A stretch of 24,000 nt of DNA from Collibacillus ludicampi (GTDB lineage: Bacteria > Bacillota > Bacilli > Tumebacillales > BOQE01). Both the position numbers and the translations under genes were made by a program. Below, one piece after another: positions 7,709 to 14,407 of the stretch. The first letter of the stretch is position 1. The number at the start of each line of letters is the position of its first letter. The stretch covers positions 857,341 to 881,340 of the forward strand of contig NZ_BOQE01000001.1 of the NCBI RefSeq assembly GCF_023705585.1, written 5' to 3'. Under the pieces are notes generated by a model that was given only the letters and a program-made list of their open reading frames with translations, was not told where the DNA came from and did no database searches.

Positions 7709-7921
7709 ATGAGTAAACTTGATTCAGATCGCCAGTATGGTCAATATCACCCTTATCCCCACCCATTGCCATACCCTGGTCATCATTACCCATGGTTCCA
7801 CTATCCGCACCCATTCCCGCATCCCTACTTCCATCACTTTCCTTACCCGTTCCCTCATCATGGTTATTATCCTCACTATTGGCCAACTCATCCGGGAATG
7901 CATCCGTATAGTCAACGGTAA
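7709..7921 (+). CDS. 70-aa His/Pro/Tyr-rich low-complexity protein (candidate spore-coat or metal-binding protein)
   Basis: ATG 7709 has SD AAGGGAGGA 7 nt upstream, and a strong terminator lies downstream at 8019-8062. Counted by hand: 14 His, 17 Pro and 12 Tyr of 70 residues. Confidence 0.6.
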   Translation: MSKLDSDRQYGQYHPYPHPLPYPGHHYPWFHYPHPFPHPYFHHFPYPFPHHGYYPHYWPTHPGMHPYSQR

Positions 7922-8018
7922 TCAACATTGATGATATTCATCTTTATGAAAAACTCCTAAGTCTGCACAAGTGTGCCAGCGTCACTTTTTACATGTCTTT
8001 TATATAACTAAACCTAAA

Positions 8019-8062
8019 CGCCGATCCTCTTGGCCATTCAACCAGGATCGGCGAATCTTTTG
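8019..8062. terminator. Bidirectional terminator between the HPY-rich gene and the GNAT gene
   Basis: Perfect 10-bp stem CGCCGATCCT (8019-8028) / AGGATCGGCG (8044-8053). T-rich runs follow on both strands. Confidence 0.7.
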
Positions 8063-8094
8063 ATTTCGAATTGTATAGGGTGAGCCTCATAATG

Positions 8095-8531
8095 TTATTT
8101 AAATCTCTTCACAAATCGATATCCAGTAATTTCATACCCTAATTCTTTATAAAATGTAGGAGCCTGTTCTTCTCGTCCAAATCCACTCACAAGCCAAGTT
8201 ACGATACATCCCTGCTCAGCTGCTAAATTCTCTGCGAACTCCATGAGAAAGCGACCTACACCTTGACGACGGGCTGCTGAATCAACGACAATCACTGATA
8301 TTTCTCCATATTTACTCACTTCTTCTAAATTCTCACGGACACTAATCCCAATAGTCCCAAAATCGTATCATGATCTTCACAAACATATAGAAAATCGAAT
8401 GGGCTATCATCAATGAACTGTAAGCGATTCTCCATGTCCTCAAAGGATATCTCATGTCCCGTTAATTCATACATTAAATGACATAACGATGGAATATCAT
8501 CTTTTTTAACGGTACGGATGGTGAACGACAT
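8095..8531 (-). pseudogene. GNAT family N-acetyltransferase interrupted by a frameshift
   Basis: The N-terminal part (8325..8531, ...DTILGLLGLVSVRI*) and the C-terminal part (8095..8319 with motif A RRQGVGRFLM) are in different frames. The C-terminal frame is open back to 8367 (..GTIGISVRENLEEVSKYGEISVIVVD), so a 1-nt indel lies within 8325-8367. Confidence 0.75.
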
Positions 8532-8552
8532 ATGACTATCTCCTTCTATCTT

Positions 8553-9335
8553 TTACCGTAGCTCGCCTTTGACAACTGTCACCGCTTGCCCAGCCAATAA
8601 TACACGCCCTTCTTGAATCTGTACTTTCAAAATACCCTCTCGCACCGACAATTGTTTGGCCAGGAAATGGTTTTTTCCTAACTTTGACTGCCAGTAAGGT
8701 GCTAACGCGCAATGGGCCGATCCCGTAACGGGATCCTCATTCACCCCAACAGCCGGAAAAAAGCAGCGCGACACAAAATCAAACGGCTCTTCCTCCGCCC
8801 GACTGGTAACCAAAATTCCCCTTGCTTTTATGGTAGCTAGCTTCGTAAAATTCGGCTGAAGTTCTCGAATTTGACGCTCTGATTCCACTTCTACCAGTAC
8901 ATCCATGCGATTCGATCCGACAAACAGGAGTTCCACACCAAGGGCATCTTCTAACGGCTCAGGCACTTTACAAGGCTCCACTTTTTCAAGCGGAAAATTT
9001 AATTCAATCCAGTCCTCATCCATCTTCGCGGATAACCACCCGCTTTTCGTCAAAAACCGGAGTTCTTTTCCTTTCGGCTCGATCCCTGTCTCCCACAGAT
9101 AATGGGCACTCGCAAGGGTTGCATGTCCACACAGATCCACCTCTTTCACCGGCGTGAACCACCTCAATTCATACCCATCTTTTAACGGATACAGAAAAGC
9201 GGTCTCCGACAAGTTCATCTCCATGGCGACGTTCTGCATCCATTGATCACCTTTTCGTTCCTCCAACAGACACACGGCAGCCGGATTTCCTTTAAACGGT
9301 TCATTCGTGAAAGCATCAATGATGTATAGATTCAT
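8553..9335 (-). CDS. PhzF-family isomerase (YddE/YHI9-like)
   Basis: Start at ATG 9335 (MNLYIIDAFTNEPFKGNPAAV) with SD AAGGAGTGG 6 nt upstream. Conserved FFPAVGVNEDPVTGSAH. The ORF-track start at 9434 adds 33 residues with no SD. Confidence 0.85.
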   Translation of the reverse strand: MNLYIIDAFTNEPFKGNPAAVCLLEERKGDQWMQNVAMEMNLSETAFLYPLKDGYELRWFTPVKEVDLCGHATLASAHYLWETGIEPKGKELRFLTKSGWLSAKMDEDWIELNFPLEKVEPCKVPEPLEDALGVELLFVGSNRMDVLVEVESERQIRELQPNFTKLATIKARGILVTSRAEEEPFDFVSRCFFPAVGVNEDPVTGSAHCALAPYWQSKLGKNHFLAKQLSVREGILKVQIQEGRVLLAGQAVTVVKGELR

Positions 9336-9577
9336 ATGGATCCACTCCTTTGGTATGGATTGATCGCGGGTTCTTTGTATCCAAAATCGCATTCCAGTCC
9401 ATGGGTAGATAATTTTAGATTGGTTACTAATCATGAAAGATTTCTTAACGAGTGTTTGGGAACCTGAGAAAACGATTAACCAGAAAATTCCTAACTCTTA
9501 TTGTACCATCATATACCAAAACAGAAAAGATACTATACAAGAAATATAGTAATTTTAAAAATAATTGAGGAATTGTC

Positions 9578-9706
9578 ATGTCGCGTATTTGTATCATGTC
9601 AAACGTCTTTATTTCATTGGTATATGATGGTATTCTATTAGACAGGAAGTTTTTGGTGGAATACATGGAGATTAAAAAATGGAAGGGAGGTAGAATAGTT
9701 AAATGA
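9578..9706 (+). CDS. 42-aa micro-ORF (MSRICIMSNVFISLVYDGILLDRKFLVEYMEIKKWKGGRIVK)
   Basis: SD TGAGGA 7 nt upstream of ATG 9578. The stop overlaps the next ATG in an ATGA junction (9703-9706). No homologue recognised. Confidence 0.35.
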   Translation: MSRICIMSNVFISLVYDGILLDRKFLVEYMEIKKWKGGRIVK

Positions 9707-9843
9707 AAAATAGCCTATACGTTATATATGCTATCGTTTTGGCAGCAATCTCCATATACACTCGTGAAATAGTAACTTTTATCATGCTTGGATTCATTTT
9801 GCTAACCTTAAATAACATCTTAAAGATATTAGTTAAATTCTAG
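9703..9843 (+). CDS. 46-aa two-helix hydrophobic micro-protein (MKNSLYVIYAIVLAAISIYTREIVTFIMLGFILLTLNNILKILVKF)
   Basis: ATG 9703 overlaps the upstream stop (ATGA). SD AAGGGAGG (9683-9690) lies inside the upstream ORF. Two hydrophobic stretches. A weak hairpin plus T-run lies at 9922-9946. Confidence 0.4.
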   Translation: MKNSLYVIYAIVLAAISIYTREIVTFIMLGFILLTLNNILKILVKF

Positions 9844-9973
9844 ATATCGTAAGCAAAAAGTGAATGATTCAGTTGATCCCGGTCTTAATAAACGAATGGT
9901 TCATTCTCGAATAAACAAACAAATCATTGTCATCGAATGATTTTTTAGATCTTTTATTATTAACAAATTACTC

Positions 9974-10002
9974 TTGAAATAAAGATGGTGAAATTTTAAG
10001 AT
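9974..10002 (+). promoter_or_regulatory. Candidate sigma-A promoter of the BASS symporter gene
   Basis: TTGAAA (9974-9979), a 17-nt spacer, then TAAGAT (9997-10002). It lies about 30 nt upstream of SD GGAGGTGG. Confidence 0.4.
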
Positions 10003-10032
10003 AATACCTAAAGCAAACGGAGGTGGATATGT

Positions 10033-11002
10033 ATGAAAACACTCGAACGAATCAGTCAATTTGTCGGTGGAACCTTTGCAGTTTGGGTACTGCTTTTTGC
10101 AACTCTTGGTTTTTTCTTACCGAACACATTTATAACATTTAAATCCTACATCTCCCCGCTCTTAGGAATTGTAATGTTTGGAATGGGTCTTACTTTATCC
10201 GGTAGTGACTTTAAAGAGGTATTTAAGCGGCCCAAAGACGTGGCTATTGGCGTTATCGGTCATTATATTATTATGCCGCTTGTGGCTTATCTCCTTGCCA
10301 TTGGGCTTCATCTTCCGCCTGAAATCGCCATCGGCGTGATTCTGGTTGGAAGTTGCCCGAGTGGTACGGCATCCAATGTTATGACCTTTCTCGCCAAGGG
10401 GGATGTGGCGCTTGCCGTCTCAATCGCGACCGTTTCCACTCTGCTCGCACCTTTTGTAACGCCGTTTTTAATCTCCGTTTTGGCAGGTAAATGGACACCT
10501 GTCGATCCACTGGCTTTATTTAAAGACATCATTGAAATCGTCATTTTACCGATCGCGTTGGGGATCATTGTCAAAGCGTTCTTTAAAAAGCAAGCCCAGG
10601 CGAGTGTCAAAATGCTTCCGCTTGTCTCTACCTTGGCCATTGTTTTGATCATTTCTGCGGTTGTAGCCGGAAGTCACGACCGAATCTTGAAAACAGGTTT
10701 TTTAAATTTTTGCCGTTGTCATACTACATAACGTTTTAGGCTTTTTGTTAGGCTATTTCTTCACGAAACTGTTTGGTATGGAGCTACCCAAAAGAAAAGC
10801 GGTCGCATTTGAAGTCGGCATGCAAAATTCCGGGCTTGGGGTCGCACTCGCAACCGCCCACTTTCATCCTTTAACAGCCGTTCCAAGCGCTATCTTTAGC
10901 GTTTGGCACAATCTATCGGGATCGATTCTCGCAACGTTTTTTGCCAAAATGGAAGAAAACCGAGAAACAGGTATAGAAACGAGAAATAACCTGACCAAAT
11001 GA
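10033..11002 (+). pseudogene. Bile acid:sodium symporter (BASS, YocS-like) with a +1 frameshift in a homopolymer tract
   Basis: ORFs 10033..10731 and 10745..11002 together cover one BASS protein (GSCPSGTASNV ... [10 protein letters not shown]). Dropping one A of AAA 10704-10706 restores ..[22 protein letters not shown].. Confidence 0.8.
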
Positions 11003-11143
11003 CAAACTAGTGCTTGGGTGGGTGTATCGCTTTGCGCTTGGGTTCGATGAAGGTCGTCCCGCCTGGATTCTTAACAGTGGTTGCGGAACGACCTTCAACT
11101 CACCTCTGCGCTGCAAAGCGATACAACCCACCCAAAAGACACT
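11000..11143 (-). repeat. Minimal (144 bp) copy of the palindromic element family
   Basis: Terminal inverted repeats AGTGCTTGGGTGGGTGTATCGCTTTGC and GCAAAGCGATACAACCCACCCAAAAGACACT. Inner helix GAAGGTCGTCCCGC (11049-11062) / GCGGAACGACCTTC (11083-11096) around a 20-nt loop. Confidence 0.85.
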
Positions 11144-11250
11144 CGGTTGCATTAGGCAGCTTAATTCTCTCTTCCCGTACAAGAAACTTTTCATCCTCTG
11201 ATTTCGCTGATTGCGGCATGGGAGACTATTTTGAAATCGACGGAATGGGT

Positions 11251-11275
11251 GCCCTGCTGATTCAAGCAGCAGGGC
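11251..11275 (-). terminator. Terminator-like hairpin downstream of the SPFH gene
   Basis: GCCCTGCTG / CAGCAGGGC 9-bp stem lying 26 nt after the stop. The T-tract on the minus strand is weak. Confidence 0.45.
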
Positions 11276-11301
11276 GCTTCTGTCTACCGTCGCTCTCTAT
11301 G

Positions 11302-12147
11302 CTATTTGTCGCTTTTCGTTACATCGATAAACGGAGTTGCACCACCCGTCACTTGTGGAAGTTTTCCATCCCATTTCTCGAGCGCTTTTTCTTGAACTTC
11401 AATTTCTTTGAGACGTACAAGTTCGGGTGTCACCTCTTGCTTTTTCAAGCGCAACGCTTCAGCTTCTGCTTTTGCCTGCTCGACTCTTTGTTGCGCTTCA
11501 ATCTGGATTCTTTTCAGGTCGTTCTCTGCTTTCATCGCTTGTTGAGCGGCTACCTGTTTCGCTTCGATCGATTGATTGAACGCATCGGAGAAAGTAAAGT
11601 TTACGATCGATATATCGGCCACTTGCAAATCATAACGAGATAAGCGCTTCGTCAGGCCCTCTTGCACCTGGGAAGCGACCACATCACGCTTGGAAATCAA
11701 TTCTTCCGCAGGATAACGTGCTGTCACCTCTTTAAGCACTTCCTGAATGGCTGGTGCTATAATCTTCGTTTCATATCCTTCACCAACATTCATCAGTAAC
11801 TTATACGCAGATGTCTCGTCCACTCGATAGTTCACTGCGATATGAGTTCGTACAGGTTGCAAGTCTCTTGACGATGCACTTGCATCCGCCTCCGCTTTTG
11901 CCACTTGCACATTGACCTGAATGATGTCCTGAATAAACGGCCATTTAAGATGTATGCCGGGTTGAAGAATGTCCTCCCCCAATTTACCAAATGTTTTTCG
12001 TAGTCCCACATGGCCGTAATCGACTTTAGCGAACGAACCAAAAACTACTGATATCGCGACGATTACAACCACAGCACCTATCATACTCTTTCGAATCCAT
12101 CCAACATTTGCGGAATTCTTTTCAGGATTAGGTTTTAAATCCACCAC
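11302..12147 (-). CDS. SPFH/Band-7 (prohibitin-family) membrane protein
   Basis: 281 aa with GTG start and SD GGAGGG 6 nt upstream. N-terminal TM, PHB-domain body, and a C-terminal Ala/Glu/Gln-rich coiled coil. Confidence 0.85.
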   Translation of the reverse strand: MVDLKPNPEKNSANVGWIRKSMIGAVVVIVAISVVFGSFAKVDYGHVGLRKTFGKLGEDILQPGIHLKWPFIQDIIQVNVQVAKAEADASASSRDLQPVRTHIAVNYRVDETSAYKLLMNVGEGYETKIIAPAIQEVLKEVTARYPAEELISKRDVVASQVQEGLTKRLSRYDLQVADISIVNFTFSDAFNQSIEAKQVAAQQAMKAENDLKRIQIEAQQRVEQAKAEAEALRLKKQEVTPELVRLKEIEVQEKALEKWDGKLPQVTGGATPFIDVTKSDK

Positions 12148-12304
12148 ATCAATCCCTCCGAATTTTTGATTGAATCAGTAGTTTTTTCCATTATCTCATT
12201 ATTTTTTCTCTTTTACCACCTCGATTCACAAGGTCAAGCTTATTAAAAGCTTACGTTTTTATCCGGTTATACGTCCGTTCGCTCATAAGGAATCATATGC
12301 GTTG

Positions 12305-12339
12305 TCAAATAGAATAGCCCTGCCGATTCAAGCAGGGCT
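12305..12339 (-). terminator. Terminator of the YjdF-family gene
   Basis: AGCCCTGC (12316-12323) / GCAGGGCT (12332-12339) stem, followed on the minus strand by ATTCTATTTG. Confidence 0.5.
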
Positions 12340-12361
12340 CCGATTCGCACCGCTATCGATT

Positions 12362-12775
12362 TTATCTTCCGCGGTGTTTCGCTTTTGCTTTTTGGATTTT
12401 AATCTCGCGTTTTTTTTCTTTCAGCAATTCGCGCTGCATTTTTGAAAAGGTTTTTCTTTCTTTTTTCGCACTCTCGAACTGTAATCGGATAGCTTCTTGT
12501 GCTTTGGTTGAAATCCCCTTTTGTTTCAGCGTTTTAGCCACTTCCCTTTGAAGCCGCTTTGGGTTCAGTTTCTTCTCGCGTTTTTGCACGATCTCGATGC
12601 CATCATGACGGCTTTGTGCCATAAGGGGCAGCAACCGGTACTTGACGAAGTGGAAAACTTCCGGGTCACTTGGTTCCGTACCAAAAACATACCGGTACAC
12701 GCTCAACTTGGATTTCATCACTTGTTCGATGACTCCAACCCAAAATTGACCATCATGATATACGGTCAATTTCAC
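12362..12775 (-). CDS. yjdF: YjdF-family protein (DUF2992)
   Basis: GTG 12775 has SD GAGGAGGG 6 nt upstream, giving MKLTVYHDGQFWVGVIE..., plus a Lys/Arg-rich tail (..KIQKAKAKHRGR), as I recall for B. subtilis YjdF. The ORF-track start at 12871 adds 32 leader-encoded residues. Confidence 0.75.
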   Translation of the reverse strand: MKLTVYHDGQFWVGVIEQVMKSKLSVYRYVFGTEPSDPEVFHFVKYRLLPLMAQSRHDGIEIVQKREKKLNPKRLQREVAKTLKQKGISTKAQEAIRLQFESAKKERKTFSKMQRELLKEKKREIKIQKAKAKHRGR

Positions 12776-12900
12776 GTTGATCCCTCCTCTGAAAACACTC
12801 TGTGGAATGATGGACATCCCGAGGAGGGGAAGGTTACTGACATCGTGGTAACGATGCGCCCGGACTACCAACCGGACCGTGTTTTTTCATTCCATAATTG
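12776..12900 (-). promoter_or_regulatory. Structured 5' leader with an SD-sequestering helix (candidate yjdF-type riboswitch or other cis-regulator)
   Basis: CCCTCCTC (12821-12828, minus strand) is perfectly complementary to the SD GAGGAGGG (12782-12789). Further small helices lie upstream (for example 12841-12856). Confidence 0.45.
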
Positions 12901-13065
12901 ATAGTATATGACATTTCTATTTTCAGCGCATTGTATTTGCCGTCGATGACGCACCATTGTGCCTCAATTCCTTGCCGCTTGTCACTCAAACGTGAAAAAT
13001 CCTTTAATATTACTTCATTGCACGAACGGTGACCAATGGAAGAGCGAGCATTGTGACTTTTCCTC

Positions 13066-13095
13066 TTTACTTATTGAAGTAACGGGCAGTATAGT
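13066..13095 (+). promoter_or_regulatory. Candidate sigma-A promoter of the SRPBCC gene
   Basis: TTTACT (13066-13071), an 18-nt spacer, then TATAGT (13090-13095). The -35 overlaps the palindrome TTACTTATTGAAGTAA. Confidence 0.4.
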
Positions 13096-13143
13096 TCAAC
13101 ATAATATGGGGGAAAAATTTAATCTGACTGGAGTGAAATTCAT

Positions 13144-13581
13144 ATGAACTTTGAAGTAAAAACCAAAATTAAAATATTAAAGCCAGTAAGTGATGTATTC
13201 GAAGCTATCGTAGATCCTGCAAAAATGTCCAATTATTGGTTTTCATCGGGTTCTGGAAGATTGGAACAAGGTAAGACAGTTACGTTGAGATATGATGAAT
13301 ATGATGCAAAATTGGATATAAAAGTAATTGAATACGAGGTTAATAAGAAAATTGTGTACTTGTGGTCGGCAAGTGGTGAAGAAACGGTTGTTACAATTAC
13401 ACTGAAAGAGTTAGATACTACGGGTACAATTATTGAAGTTAACGAAAAAGGTTGGAAAAAAGATGATGATTCATTAATAAGCAAATTATTAGGACAAAAA
13501 GAAGGTTGGGTTTATGTATTGACTTGTTTAAAAGCGTATCTTGAATTTGGTGTTAATTTGAGAGGAGCATTGGTATTCTAG
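13144..13581 (+). CDS. SRPBCC-superfamily protein (AHSA1/START-like, YndB-type)
   Basis: 145 aa. The N-terminal pattern ..ILKPVSDVFEAIVDPAKMSNYW.. and the C-terminal helix are typical of AHSA1-domain proteins. SD GGAGTG is upstream. The gene is visibly AT-rich. Confidence 0.7.
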   Translation: MNFEVKTKIKILKPVSDVFEAIVDPAKMSNYWFSSGSGRLEQGKTVTLRYDEYDAKLDIKVIEYEVNKKIVYLWSASGEETVVTITLKELDTTGTIIEVNEKGWKKDDDSLISKLLGQKEGWVYVLTCLKAYLEFGVNLRGALVF

Positions 13582-13659
13582 TGTTTCTCTAAATGGAGTA
13601 CAAATAAAGATCACTTATGCAATAATTTTAATCGGGAATCGATAACGTAATAAACAAAT

Positions 13660-13704
13660 GCCGGTTCTTCCTTCCTTAGCGTAGGAAAAATCGGCTTTTT
13701 GTTT
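13660..13704 (+). terminator. Rho-independent terminator of the SRPBCC gene
   Basis: GCCGGTTCTTCCT ... AGGAAAAATCGGC stem with one mismatch, followed by TTTTTGTTT. Confidence 0.6.
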
Positions 13705-13861
13705 CGAAAATATGTATTATTGCACGTTTTCCGCGTTTTGCTGGTACTACCCCATTAAGCGATTAGGGGTCGAATCATGAAAGCGCACATCACAAGTTGT
13801 CCACCAGTCCTTGGAATCAAAATTTTTCTTTTAGGAAACCTAAAAAGAAGGAGGCGAGAGT

Positions 13862-14380
13862 ATGAAAAAAAGACGATTCGCTAGTATGATGATGGCTGTC
13901 CCGATGACTTTCGGTCTGATCTTGGGAACACCTGTTGCTTTTGCCGGATCCGACATCGATTCCTTTGATGCGTTGGAAGTGCAAACACAGGAACAAACAC
14001 ATCCGCACAAACATCATCGTCCGACGTTTAAAAGCTCTGTTCAACTGACGGATGAACAAGAGAAGGAGGCACATTTAGCAGCCCGGGAAGCGTTCGAGCG
14101 GGCGATGCGTGAAAAACTGGGCAAATTGGCCAAAGTCAGCCCTGAACAAGCAAAGAAAGCGGCGCTTCAAGCATCTCCAGGATACACCGTTCATCACGTG
14201 ATTTTACGCCCCGTCCATCATAACCTGGTATACGTTGTATTCATGACCCACAGAGAGAAGGCCCGTCTCATTGCCGTCGTAGATGCCGGGAACGGAAAAG
14301 TCTTGGAGAAACATGAGTTAAAACCACACCCAGAGCATCATAAACGCACGTTTGAGAAGCAGGTCAACGTGAACGAATGA
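13862..14380 (+). CDS. Secreted PepSY-domain protein
   Basis: SD GAAGGAGG upstream. Signal peptide ending VAFAGS. The C-terminal PepSY pattern is SPEQAKKAALQASPGYTV...VDAGNGKVLE. Confidence 0.75.
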   Translation: MKKRRFASMMMAVPMTFGLILGTPVAFAGSDIDSFDALEVQTQEQTHPHKHHRPTFKSSVQLTDEQEKEAHLAAREAFERAMREKLGKLAKVSPEQAKKAALQASPGYTVHHVILRPVHHNLVYVVFMTHREKARLIAVVDAGNGKVLEKHELKPHPEHHKRTFEKQVNVNE

Positions 14381-14407
14381 ATCATTTCATGAACCTTTTC
14401 CTTCAAC

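Noticed and set aside
7707-7931. Three alternative ORFs overlapping the His/Pro/Tyr-rich gene (7719..7931 plus strand, 7707..7928 and 7724..7915 minus strand)
   Set aside because: They are open only because the low-complexity composition lacks stop codons. None has an SD, whereas the 7709 frame has a strong SD and a terminator.
9445-9666. 73-aa minus-strand ORF in the AT-rich islet
   Set aside because: No SD precedes it (CCATTTTTTAATCTCC-ATG). It overlaps the plus-strand pair, which has SDs and an ATGA coupling junction. Long ORFs in AT-rich DNA with hydrophobic or odd composition are often spurious.
11010-11643. ORFs 11010..11201 and 11014..11643 (MLGWVYRFALGFD..., MGGCIALRLGSMKV...). The same applies to 22566..22847, 22574..22807 and 22666..22854.
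   Set aside because: They start inside repeat copies, and the peptide prefix recurs wherever the repeat occurs. They lack SDs. The 209-aa one is antisense to the well-supported SPFH gene.
12959-13147. 62-aa ORF ending in an ATGA overlap with the SRPBCC gene
   Set aside because: It has a GTG start without an SD, and it spans the predicted SRPBCC promoter (13066-13095) and the divergent yjdF upstream region. The ATGA overlap is probably coincidental.
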